From positions 10,788,001-10,852,000 of the forward strand of contig CM060734.1 in NCBI GenBank assembly GCA_030704615.1: a stretch of 64,000 nt of DNA, in the 5' to 3' direction. Positions 13,830-25,600 of this stretch are shown here, in pieces. The notes beneath the pieces are model-generated. The model had not been told where the DNA came from. It did no database searches and worked only from the letters and a program-made list of their open reading frames with translations. The translations under genes and the position numbers were made by a program. The DNA comes from Takakia lepidozioides. Its lineage: Eukaryota; Plantae; Bryophyta. Position 1 is the stretch's first letter. Each line of letters begins with the position of its first letter.

Positions 13830-14500
13830 CACTACAACAGATCTCGGCTTTTACGTCTGCTATTTTCCAGTCGTATCAGCCTTTTACGACTGCATGACTG
13901 CCCAGTCAGATAAACCCAGTCAGTTGTGACAAATGAGTCGTAAGCGCCATAGAGTCGTATCTGCCAGTCGTGGAGCTCACTGTTGACGTGGCAACGGGGA
14001 CGCCTAATCATAGTCATTGATAAGACCATAGTAAATGACTGCGAATCCATGTCAGCTTCACGTGGAACGGAAGGGATATGCCACGTGTCACGTCAAAGGG
14101 AAGGCGACAGGGTCTTCACGACTGGCATATACGACTTCCGCGGATTAACCGCAGGACAGCACGTGGAGAATACCAGGAACGACACGTGGCATGACAGGGT
14201 GACTTCCACAGATTAACCCCAGGACAACACGTGGATTAGATTGGACATGACACGTGGCATGACAATATGGAGCGGGAGGGTCTTTCATGACTGGCATATA
14301 TGACTTCGGCCCAATCCCAGGTCCACACGTGGAGTCAAATTATGCAAGATGGGGGTGGGGTGGTCGTTATGACTGGAACATATGACTTCCATGGCGCACT
14401 TTGGATACTGCACTTGCCACGAGTATGGGCAAACACGAGGGATGAAAGTGGCACGTGGCGGAGGCTCTGTGGATGGGAGGTAGTTGTGTACATGACCATA
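13830..14500 (+). mobile_element. CACTA left end with subterminal repeats
   Basis: Starts CACTACAACAGA at 13830, followed by repeated ACGACTG/CAGTCGT and GACACGTGGC motifs; no matching right end identified. Confidence 0.6.
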
Positions 14501-14949
14501 CGAAAACACCATTGAAACATGAAAGCACATTTGAAATTGGAACATCGATTCAAATACAACATGACTTAATGTTCAGAGATCCATTCCATAATCTAATCCT
14601 CTGCTACAAAAATGCACAAAGCTGCAAAGTCTTAGTAGACTTCCAAATGCCTGAGCAGAAGATGCATACACTGGCTTGGCCGGACTTGGTCACCCACCTT
14701 CAACTGCCATCCAGCCCGAAAATGGCAGAAGATACATGAGCAAGCTTTCAGGCAATATAGCAACAGCAACATTGACATATGTGAAACAAACTAACATCAC
14801 TAAGAATGTCTAAGCACCATTACACAAACTTGATGTGAAGTTCAAGGTCCTTCATCACCTAATCTAGTCGAATTGAGTAATACAAGTGGTGTCAAATGGA
14901 GGCCCATACTTGGGCATCTTCTTACCAGCACAACAACAACCACCTTCCA

Positions 14950-15645
14950 GAATTTTGCAAACATGTCCACCACGGTATTGTTCAGAATGACATCTGGTAC
15001 AATTCCAGCTCTGAAGATGTCGCCATGGACCTCTTTCCCCTTTTCCAGAGTTGCTAGGGCAGTGTTTAGAATGACATTTGGTACTTTCCAGCTTTGACGA
15101 TATCCCCATGCACCTCTTTGCCCTTCTCTAGGGCTGCCAGGCTTGCATGACGCCACATCTTGTTCAGCCATAGTGTTGAACACTCCCTTTGCATCCTAGA
15201 TGCACCCACATTTTGCAAACATGTCCACCAAGGTGTTGTTCAAAATGAAATCTGGTACAATTCCAGCTCTGAAGATGTCGCCATGAACCTCTTTCCCCTT
15301 TTTCCAGAGCTACCAGGGCAGTGTTTAGAATGACATTTGGTACTTTCTAGCTTTGACGATATCCCCATGCACCTCTTTGCCTTTCTCTAGGGCTGCCAGG
15401 CTTGCACGACGCCACATCTTGTTCAGCCATAGTGTTGAACACTCCCTTTGCATCCTAGATGCACCCACATTTTGCAAACATGTCTACCAAGGTGTTGTTC
15501 AAAATGAAATCTGGTACAATTCCAGCTCTAAAGATGTCGCCATGGACCTCTTTCCCCTTTTTCCAGAGCTGCCAGGGCAGTGTTCAGAATGACGTTTGGT
15601 ACAATTCCAGCTTTGATGATACCCCCATGCACCTCTTTGCCCATG
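14950..15645 (-). pseudogene. Tandem triplication (~258-bp period) of a PLS-type PPR gene fragment
   Basis: TTTTGCAAACATGTC recurs at ~14953, 15211 and 15470; translation ALEKGKEVHGDIFRAGIVPDVILNNTVVDMFAK; frameshifted. Confidence 0.85.
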
Positions 15646-15939
15646 ACCAGCTCTTCTACTTGCTGCATTGTTCTTGTTTGAACTCAGTTAAGTCAGCCAC
15701 CAAAAGATCAAGTTGTTCTCCAGTAGCTTTCAGGTGTGATTGGGGCAGTCCTTGAAGCACCAAAATTCTGGCATTAACTATAGTTGCACTACCCACATGA
15801 AGAGTTGCCCTCTCCTCAGTAGCCTTGGCAGTCTTACTGAGTCCAACTATCATCACATGTAGGGTTTGTAGTTCATGTTCAGACTCAGCCACTCTGGTAT
15901 GTAAAGGGCGAATTTTCCCAGTAGAATCCTTTTGCTGCA

Positions 15940-16570
15940 CTGTCAATAGTTCAAGTGCCTCTTGTGCGTGACCTGACTGAGCTAATCCAACCATCATCCA
16001 ATTCCATGAGATCACATCACGCTTGGGCAATTTTGCAAACACTTCCCGTGCATCTTCCACACCCCCGCATTTGCAATACATGCTGACGAGGGCGTTCCCC
16101 ATACTGATATTTGACTGAAATCCAGCTCTAATGATGCCCTCATGGAGCTGCTTGCCTTGCTCTATTAACAATGGGCTGGAACATGCATTCAAGATGCACA
16201 AGAAAATGACCTTATCTGCCTTCACACCTTCTCTTTGCATCAGATTCACTCGATTGACACAGTAAACTTATGCACCCGATTGTCAACCTCAATGCAACTG
16301 TGCCCTGCCTCCTTTCTGACACCTTTGTCCTTCATCATTGCTCTCGCCTCTGTGGGATCACCCCACTTGCCAGCTGCAGCCCCACACTTGGCATACATAT
16401 CAACGAGAGTATTCTCCAGTTTCAAATATGACTCTGTTCCGACATCGATCGCAGCATGGACCTCTTTGCTCTTTTCCAAGGCTGTCAGGCTCGCACATGC
16501 ATTGAGAACGCAAATGAACATCACTTTGTTGGGCAATACCCCTTGCTCAATCGTTTGCTCATAGGTCGCA
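15940..16570 (-). pseudogene. Scrambled PPR fragments including an E-domain end
   Basis: FLCILNACSS…NALVSMYCKCGGVEDAREVFAKLPKRDVISWN; MMKDKGVRKEAGHSCIEVDNRVHKF (E motif) precedes further PPR motifs, so the order is scrambled. Confidence 0.85.
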
Positions 16571-16674
16571 AGCGCATTTGGCTTTAAGCCTTTATGTTGC
16601 AAGATGGACAAACTTCTTCACATCGTACATTGAGAAAAAGCCACACCTTGCGATTGCGGTTGTCCATCGTGATC

Positions 16675-16765
16675 GTGAAGGTGGCGAGCCGCTTCCCATA
16701 GTAGTCGATGGCCACATCGTTCACCACATCTTCATGCCCCGATTCTAGGGTTTGAGTCCATGTCC
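16675..16765 (-). pseudogene. Captured fragment resembling the first WD40 repeat of SEC13
   Basis: QTLESGHEDVVNDVAIDYYGKRLAT, recalled as matching the plant SEC13 N-terminus (IETGH.D..HDV.MDYYGKR.AT); nothing else of the gene is nearby. Confidence 0.7.
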
Positions 16766-16989
16766 GCCCCCTATCCCACCAACTCCGCTCGTCGTCTCTC
16801 ATGATCAGACTCAACACTAAAACAAAACAAACATAACTCCGCCCTGATCGACATCCCTCATGATCAAACTCGACACTATAAGAAAGCAAACACAGCTCCG
16901 TCATGTTTGTCGTCTCTCACGATCAAACTCGACACAAAGAAAACAAACAAATGGCATGGGAGAAAAAAAAAATGGTAAGTCCCCTCTAC

Positions 16990-17530
16990 TCATGACTGGA
17001 TGGATGTAGCGGTAGATGGATGGATTTTGGGTTTTCCATCAATACATCCATCCATTCATTTGTTTTTCCATTTTTTGGTCATTTTAATTTCATCCATTCA
17101 TCCAAAATGAATCTCTAAATGAGTTTCACTGTCAGTTCATCCATTACTGCCAGCTTAGCGTTTGCATTATTATTTATGTTCATCCAATAGTTGCCAACAA
17201 GGCATTTGTTGTATCATTCGTTCATACGTTCATCCAGTGCACAAAAGTTATGTTTGATATGTTCATCCAATAGTTGCCAACAAGGCGTTTGTGTATCATT
17301 CGTTGAGATAATACGGTCGTTTTGTTTCACTAACCTTAACCAGCAGTCGATTAGTTTACTGTTAATCTGTTGGGTCAGTGAAACAGTAGTTAAATGTTTT
17401 TACTACTTATTATCCTCAAACTTAACATTGCGACCTAGCAACCCTAAATTCAAGCACATTCATCCTAATTCATCCTAGTTCACTCATCCTAATTCATTTT
17501 AATCATTCATTTATCCATTCATTCCTTCAT
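16990..17530. repeat. CATCC/GGATG-rich low-complexity repeat
   Basis: Many CATCCA/TTCATCC motifs and a duplicated GTTCATCCAATAGTTGCCAACAAGGC; similar motif-rich patches at ~42500-42790, 45520-45720, 61440-61600 and 62590-62980. Confidence 0.55.
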
Positions 17531-17876
17531 TCACAGGGTGTGGCTTAGTGCCCATTTACGCAGGCTGTATGGTCTAAGGCTTTTGCCTTCAACTCCATAT
17601 GGAACCGCAATCTTCCCTACTCGCCATCTGCTCTTCTGCTGAACATTAAGGATGCTGTCATTTTCTACTCTTGTCCAGTGTGGGAATCAATTAGAGGGAT
17701 CATTCTTTGGAACATTTGGAAGATGAGGTGTGCTGTTATCATTTAGAATGTGAGACCTTGCTTGCAGAAAGTGTTGTATGGGGCTCACTCAGACCTGGTG
17801 TCTGAAGCTCGAAAAGCGTGGCATGTTGTTGCGACAGCTCTTCCCAGGTGCAGTGCCTCACGAAGGGATCAATTGC

Positions 17877-18599
17877 TCACTTCCTTTGACAATTCATGGG
17901 GGAACCACTACATCTTCTGCAGGAGACTCTTCTGTAGTATCTCTCATATATGCCTGGATTTCTCTCAAGCTTTAATGCACCCTTGGCTATACTAGAAGTC
18001 TCCGTTACCATATAACCATATGGCAAGCATGTCTGGAAAGCTGTTCTTGGTGTAAGTTTGATCCACAGGATATCCTTAGGAATCCAATTCTTTACCAGTA
18101 CCAATTCTTCATACATATGAGTGTAAACATTCACTTTCCGTTCCTCCCAGCCTTCAAACTCCACTCGTTTAATGGATAACAACGCTATCACATAAACCAG
18201 TGTTGGTAACCAACTTGCTCTCCCTCTACATGCCACTTGATAAATCTTTATCACTCCTTTCTCCAGACCCCACTCTGGATCTACATCATGCACTCTCTTA
18301 AGAATGTTTTCTTTGCAACCGTCTGGCAATTCCAAGAACCTCTGAAAGAATTGTTTGGACAATCTTTCTTTCTCAGTTCCACAGGGAATTTGATTCACAT
18401 CAAATTCTTTGATTCTCCAACCACCATGATCCCACCAGATGCCTGTCACATCTGGTTGTTCTTGACCCAGTTCCTCGGTATGGTCGCCAAATGTCGAGCG
18501 GCTTTTACTCACCCATCCCTTCGCTATCCGAGGTGGGAACTCCAAGATAGAGGAGTTGGATATCTCTAAGCACTCAGCCCGCTCATAACAATCAGTCAT
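17877..18599 (-). other. Unassigned repeat-family ORF remnant; related sequence at ~34440-34500 (+)
   Basis: The peptide LKLERNPGIYERYYRR occurs in both ORF 17877-18599(-) and ORF 34196-34612(+); no domain recognised. Confidence 0.45.
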
Positions 18600-19124
18600 G
18601 ACCTACAACTAGTGTATCATGGAAGTGCTTCCTATTTGTATTCCTTCTTGCCTTCATGTCAGCAAGTTACCTTACTGTTTATATTTAAGTATCAGATTGC
18701 TTCAGCAATCTATCAAGTTCCAATCACTCATCCATACATTCCACAACTTCACTCAGATCTCTCTACACAGTGTGAGTATGGAATGTGTATCAGATTAAGA
18801 TCTATCAAGTATCAGGCCGAAACCATAGTGTCCCTAGTCTGCTTTACAGTAACTCTACAGTTTGCATGGATCAAGCATCAGCAGTGTCTCCTCCTTCTAT
18901 GCGCTCTCCATTCCTCAGCTCCCGATCGCCCTTTCTTCCTGAAGGCCAAGTCCTGATGCAAGAAGTCATCTCCCCATTACTACTTTGCCTTTTCTACCTG
19001 CAAGCTGTTCTAACTGCCTAACTAACTAACTGTCATCCAGATAGAATACACGTTTCCGCTGCCGATGTCGTTCCCACTCAGTCGTTCCCTGCCCTGGTAA
19101 CCGTTCCCTGCGAATGCCGTGACG

Positions 19125-19285
19125 GGCTGTGCCCAACTGTGTCGGCTGTGACTGGCTGTGTTGAGCTATGTCGGGCTGTGGCTAACTGTGTCGGGCTGTG
19201 TCAGGCTGTGATAGACTGTGATAGGATGTGTAAGGCTGTGTCAGATTGTGACTAGCTATGTCAAGCTATGACTGACTATGTAAGC
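19125..19285. repeat. Degenerate ~10-bp tandem repeat (GGCTGTGTC-like)
   Basis: Repeated CTGTG/CTATG cores at about 10-bp spacing. Confidence 0.75.
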
Positions 19286-19419
19286 ATGTCTACCACCCCT
19301 AAGGCCTGTGTTGGTCTAAGTCTACCATCCATAAGTTTGTGCAAAAATTAAGGGTACCCCACAGAACTCGTAAAAACTGTCTAAGTCCCAGACAACCCTC
19401 TAACAAGCCCTAGCTTCAG

Positions 19420-21496
19420 TGCCATTGCCGGTGTCATGAAGGAGTGCGACGCTCTTGTGTCCACCAGCAACGACACGTTAGTTTTGGAAATTATACTACA
19501 AACATCAACTGACTCCATTTACGCAAGGGGCCAGTCTCCTGATACAACTCACAAGAGTAGTTGCCTACCTTGCAAGTCTTGGCGATCACCGCTTCCACCA
19601 AGCGGCTGATGGAATCTTCAGACAGCTCTGTGGTCGCCCGAGTCATGTTCAATTGACGGGGCTTCGCGCACTTCTTAGCCATGTGCCCGGGCTCCCCTCA
19701 ATTAAAGTACACTCCATCGAAGGTCGCCTTCTGTCCGCCATAAGCCGTCGCACCTGATTTTCCTTTCAGAGCACCAGGTGTCGCCTTGACGTGTGAAGGC
19801 CCTCCCTTCGATTTCCATGTGTCATTGTCGCCGCGTGGCCTATCCCACTTCTTTTCCGGTCGGAAGGAGTCACCCTCCCGCCGAGTCTTCTTGTGGTTCA
19901 GCTCCGTACGGCCTTGTCTTTCGCCCCTAGGGACATCCGAGAAACATTCAGCCCTTTCAATTGCATCATTCAAAGTCTTAGGTGGCTTCTCCTCCAACTT
20001 CCGCCTGGCCCATGGGGCCAGTCCCGCCACAAAGTTGAAGACCATTTCTGGTTCCGCCATATCCGTGACTTCGAGCAATAGCACATTGAAAGCCTGAACA
20101 TATCCCCGAATGTCATCCGTTTGCTTCAAATTCCTCATCTTGTCCCGGGCGAGCCAGGACGCGTTGAGGGGAACAAACAGTCTTTTCATAAGTTCCTTGA
20201 ACCCACTCCAGCTCAAGGTTTCTGGGTTTGGACCTTGGTCATGAAGGCATTTCTGCCACCATTGTTGAGCATAGCCCCTCAAATAGGTGGGAGCCACTTC
20301 CACCCGATCCTCGTCACTCAACTTGGCCGCCCGGAAGTACCGCTCTAGCTCCAAGAGCCAGGTGTTGAGTGCTTTCCGATTTTGGACGCCCTCAAAGGTG
20401 CCGGGTTCCTCAGGCTTCACCTTAAACTTTGCCTTCGTGGAAGTGGCATTAGCCACCTCAACACGTCTTTCAACGTCCCGCCAAACTGCGCCAACAACCC
20501 TTCCCAAAAGGCTGCTGGCATGGGAGGCATCTGTTGGTCTGGCAGAGCCTCCGGGAAGTCCTTGGGCTCCAACTCCCCAGATTCCTCCCGTTCTTGAGCG
20601 GCCTCGCTTTCAAAAGCATGAATCACCTCCTCAAATTGCCGCGTCGGTGACACGTTGCCCCCATCGGGCTCACCAGGATCATCATCTTTCAGGCCGTTCC
20701 GCTTTTGCTTTGGCTTGCCCGAGCCCATGATGAGGCCGATCTCAAGGATGATCGCGTAATGAACTCTAAGTTCTGATACCAGGTGTCGCACACCTCACTT
20801 CGGTAAGCTCCCCTTCAAGTGATAGTTACTCGCTTTGATGCGCGCGCCTAACTCCCAAACTGGCCGCCGGGCCAACTCGGTGCTTCGGCTACTCACCGGG
20901 ACATAACGGTCCCCCTTTGCTCCTCTACAAGACCCTCTCTCAATTGGGGCCTAGTGGAAATTCCCTTTGGTTGTTGGCAGTCTGGAACAGCTCCCCACAC
21001 CTTGGTTGCTTTCCGGCTCGCACGCTTACTCACTAGTTTTTGGTCACCAACGGGCTTGCACCGTTCTCGGGGTTACTACTCCCTTATATATACTTCTGTG
21101 ACTATCTGCGGGGGTTTCACAAACAACGCCATCCTTTTATGGCGAACCACCACGAAGACCCTCCATTCCCGGTGGTGAGTTGCGGTGAGTCTTGGCCCAC
21201 CCACCACGGCCCCATTGGACCGTGATGAGTCCCAAGACTCCCCATGACTCCCACCACAAGGTCTCCGCCCCATGGCGAGTCCTATGCCACCCCCACTAAG
21301 TCCCACTAAGCTACCACCACCCCTCCACCGCAACCCGGTGTGCGGGGTTCCACCTAGTGAGCGCCTCCGTCTCCTTGAGTGCTTTGGGCACTCAAGGGTG
21401 ATTCAGCCCCCGTATATATTGTTGCCACTGCCCCCACCACAGGGGCATCCCCTTTTGTGTCCCGACCCCCTGCCCTCAAGGCGAAGGGCCGCGACA
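19420..21496 (-). mobile_element. Ty3/Gypsy 5' half: LTR 20784-21496, tRNA-Met PBS, gag, degenerate zinc knuckle and start of protease
   Basis: LTR bounded by TGTCGC…GCGACA; PBS TGGTATCAGAAC (minus) at 20770-20781; gag ORF 19698-20507 (TYLRGYAQQWW, LKQTDDIRGYVQAF); GH..KKC knuckle remnant; LLVDTRASHSF protease motif at ~19440-19475. Confidence 0.92.
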
Positions 21497-21499
21497 CAA

Positions 21500-22480
21500 A
21501 TTGACCCAGAGTCGGGTCTATCTGCAATGCCACACCACATTGTCATACGTTTTGACAAAGATACAGACATGCCCAAGGAGCAGGCGCTCTACCGCGCAAA
21601 GAAGAGGTTCGCTGACATGAACATTCCACTTGGGACAGTGCTATACTCACCAATTACAGCATATTCTAAGCATGCTAGCAACTTGTGATCTGGGATTCTA
21701 AGAGTTGAGTTACTACACCCGGCTAAAGACGGAATTGCGCTACTCAAAGGCAACAGAGCCTTTGTCATGGAGATGGCCTCCGGAATTCCATTACACGGCA
21801 AAATTGAAAAGGCTTGTGACTTACTCGCACCCTCGGACTACCTCTCCCTTTACATGAACAGTGATGCCCTGCTGGGCATCATCAGCTACAGGCTCACAAT
21901 GCACTTCATACTGGAAACATACTATCATGGTGACGAGTTTGAGATCATCAACGTGTACAAGCAGGGGCCTGAGAAGAAATTCTGCTTTATCTACTTGGCT
22001 TCAGAAGACACTAAGAAACGAATGCTGGAGAAGAGTGTCCGCTTCAACCACACCCTCATCGACACGCAACTACGCATCCAACGAGGTGGCACGACGAGTC
22101 TAGCAACTACTCCCCAAGAAATGGTGGCCGAAAGGGATGCGCTCACACTTGTTGTCAAGGGCCTCAATCCCTTACTCTCCCAGACAGACACAGAAGCTGC
22201 TCTTCGAGACGCCTTCGGCAAAGGCAACATAATCCAAGTCTACTTCAACAGGATAGCACCAATGGAAAAGACCAAGCACTCAGGCACGGCGCTCATCACC
22301 AATAAGAACCCAACATTTACACCTAGTGGTGCAATCAGCCTCACATCAAAATACAAGGCAGGTATGTTAAATTCGAGCGCCACACGAATAGTCTGAACGG
22401 GTCAGCACCCCCGGCCAATGAGATTCTGGAGCGACTCCGTGTCGCCAACACTAATCAAGCCCTAGCAGATACAGTAAACT
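21500..22480 (+). pseudogene. Decayed ORF, probably LINE ORF1 with RRM-like segments
   Basis: Long reading frame with a stop and a frameshift; KFCFIYLASED and TLVVKGLNP…AALRDAFG are RRM-like. Interrupted by the LTR on the left and the Mutator-like end on the right. Confidence 0.45.
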
Positions 22481-22693
22481 CTAGGGGGCTGCTATTTCAC
22501 GAGCGGCATGAGCATGAGCGGAAAAAAAAAAAACATGAGCGGGCCATTGTGTGTCCACGGAAATAGGGTTAGGAGGCACGGAAATAGGGTCATGTGGACT
22601 CGTCATAGCAATGAAATGCAACATTTTATTGCAAATTTTATGGCAAGCCACGTTTATACAAGTGTGTCCTAACTGACATAGCAGGAATGGGAA

Positions 22694-25600
22694 CTACTCT
22701 CCTACACCTTCCGAGGAACTTGGCCCTCCTTCTTCCTCATCCCCCTCATCCCCCCCATCCTCCGAGCTCTGTGATGCATCGGTTGCACTATGCCTCTCAA
22801 AAATTCCGTCCTCCCCTTGGGGGACTGTCCACCTCACCTCCTGGGAATCTTCTGCCTCTTCTCCCCCACTTTCCTTAGCAGAATCCAAGACAAATCTACG
22901 AGCCCGACGGGCTCTAATATCTGTTGCCTCCTCCCTCATCTTCATTTTCTTGAGGCTTGCCTCGTCTAAAATCTGTTGTACATGACTAGGTTCGGAAGAC
23001 CTCCTAATGGACACCGAAGCAAGCCGGGCAGCATAAGTAGGAAGGATGTAGTCCCTTTCTGGACTAGGCATGAAATCCCCCCTGGCAAAAAAAGGCACGT
23101 TCCTCCTGCCCATGAACTCCGGTGTAGACGTCCCTCCTGCAGTACTTGGCATCCTACAGTAAGAACAAATCCACTTCAAGAATGTCAATACCAGCAGAAG
23201 CAGAAAGGGTTTTCAATGAAATAAGAGAACGAAGGGAGGTGCCTCACAAAATCTGGAGGCAACTTACAATGCGACCACTCACTCGTAAACCGGGGGCTCC
23301 TCGGCCTCGATCCCAACTTGTTCCTCCCCCTGCTCCTTCTCGGATTTTTCCTCATCCTCCGAGGGTGCCTCTTCCTCTTTGGGCAGACGTTCAGCCGCTG
23401 CAAGTTCCGAGTTGTGGAGGGTAGTATCTGGCTCGAAGGCGAACACATGCCTGTCGGACAACGTCCCTGCCCAAATTGAAGCACCTGAGGAACAAAGCGG
23501 GCGGTTAATAGCTTGCGGCATGCAATTGCAATCGGGCCAGGGGACAAACTGAGCACGTGAAGGCTTACCCGTGCCACATGTGAGGTCAAGAATCCGCCCT
23601 TGGACATCCGAGCACGTCTCCATGAGGGTTTGGATGAAAGCAGGGCTCCGGGTCTGGCTGTACCGCCACGGTTTGCTTGTCTTTGTGTCCTTCGGCATAC
23701 TGGAGTGGGGCACATAGTTGTAGAGGACATCGTAGGTAACAGGGTCCACAGCGGCATCAACAAGACGACCGTCGTTGCGGAATTTGAACGTAGACCCTCT
23801 CTTCACAAAGCAATATGCCTCAAACACCAATGTCTGCACATCCAACAAAAGAGGGATCAACTCCGGGATCTAGTTTAGATACGCCACAATATGAGGTGAA
23901 TGCAATAGATTGATAACTTACACTTTGGCCCTCTGTTCGCAACCCCTGTGTATTGATGCAGAACCATTTTCTGAGGAGGACCGGGGTGACACTTTTCGGT
24001 GTCCATCTTGCCACCGCATTCTCTGTGGTCTTCCCTCTTGTGGCAAGGACAACCACACATCCACCGTCATCCAAGAGCATCCCCGCCAGCCCAAACCCGG
24101 CTTTCCAGTAGTCCTCAGTAAACCTGTTCCAGTTGGGCACACCATCCAGGCCCTCCAGCAGCTCCCTATCTGGAATGTCGAGGAGAATCATATCGCAAGC
24201 TCTCTCCACCTCAACCCCCCCCCCCCCCCCCGAGTGCTCTTGCAATCCGTGCTCACAGCCGTGAAGAATTCCATCATGGCTTCAAAACTAGGGGTGTCTT
24301 TAGGCTCTGTACCGGCAGCCCTGTTCTTGCCTTTCCCCTTCTGCTCCGCCAGAGACTTGCTGTGTGCCACCTTCTTCGCCCTGGCAGCGAGAGCGTCAAG
24401 GAAGCTCTCATTGACGCATTGGATGATGGTTGGAGGTTCTAGCTTTGGCCTGTGCGTAAACGTCACCGCCGAATACCGCCGTGTAGGCTCGCCCTCAAAT
24501 ACCAACTTCTTGGCAGAGCCAGTCCCACTCCGAACTGACTTGGGAACCCGGACGACCGGTGACTTGGTAGCAGCAGTAGCAGTCGCAGGACCTTGAACAA
24601 AGTCGTCGTCCGAGTCACTCCCTTGGGTCCCCTCCTGCGCCTCCTCTGATGCCCCGATGGTTTTCTGTTTTTTGGGTGTTACTGTACTCACCTGTTTCCT
24701 TGTCCTTTTCTTTTGGCCTTTATTCTTCTCATTCAATTTCTCCTGAATTCCTGCATGAGCAAGCTCTGCCGCTTTCCTGGAGTTCGCAAGCGCTTTTGCC
24801 TCTTTTGGACCCAGCGGAGGCAGCGGAGCCCGGTTTCGTCGGGCCTCAACATCCAGCTTCAATTGAAACTCGGATATGTCGAGCGAGACGGGCGGAAGGT
24901 CCATATACCAAGGGCAATCACGCAAATGTTCCAGATGCCACTCCTTCACAATAACGTCAGTGTACATGGAGTCAGCCCCAGGGTTCCTCCATGCCAGGAA
25001 GAATGGTGGCTCGAAAGACAGATGACCTTTCTCCAAAAGGGAGAACTTGCAGTACCTGCATTCATGAAAAACACAGAATGAGGTCCCTGAACTGGAAATT
25101 CGGCACCATTTTCCCAGGTTGGGGCAGAACTGATTGGGCCTAGAACTGGGAAAATGGCGCCAAATTTCGGTTTTCGGTGCCAGCCACCCTAGGGACTTAG
25201 CCATTTTCGGAGCCCTGAACTGGAAATTCGGCGCCATTTTCCCAGGTCCGGCCCGAAAATGCCTAAGTCCCTGAACTGATTGGCCTTGGAATTGGAAAAA
25301 TGGCGCCGAATTTCGGTTTTCGGTGCCAGCCACCCTAGGGACTTAGCCATTTTGGGAGCCCTGAACTGGAAATTCGGCGCCATTTTCCAAGGACCAATTT
25401 TTATGCGCCACATGAGGCCTCTAACATCCTGAAATGCAAGGACTTGAAAGGAAGGCATCGCGTATGTACCTGTACAGAAGGCGCATTGCTGCTTTGTCCG
25501 CGTTCGGCTGGTCGGTGAACTCGTGGCTCCGGCGGGCATGGGGTATCTCCCGAAAGAATAGGTCGGTTTTGTACAGTAGAAAGTACCTCGTCACATAGTC

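Noticed and set aside
24188-25333. 381-aa ORF as a standalone gene
   Set aside because: Its first ~90 codons are intronic repeat sequence; the remainder is one exon of the cargo gene ending at a homopolymer frameshift that may be a sequencing error.
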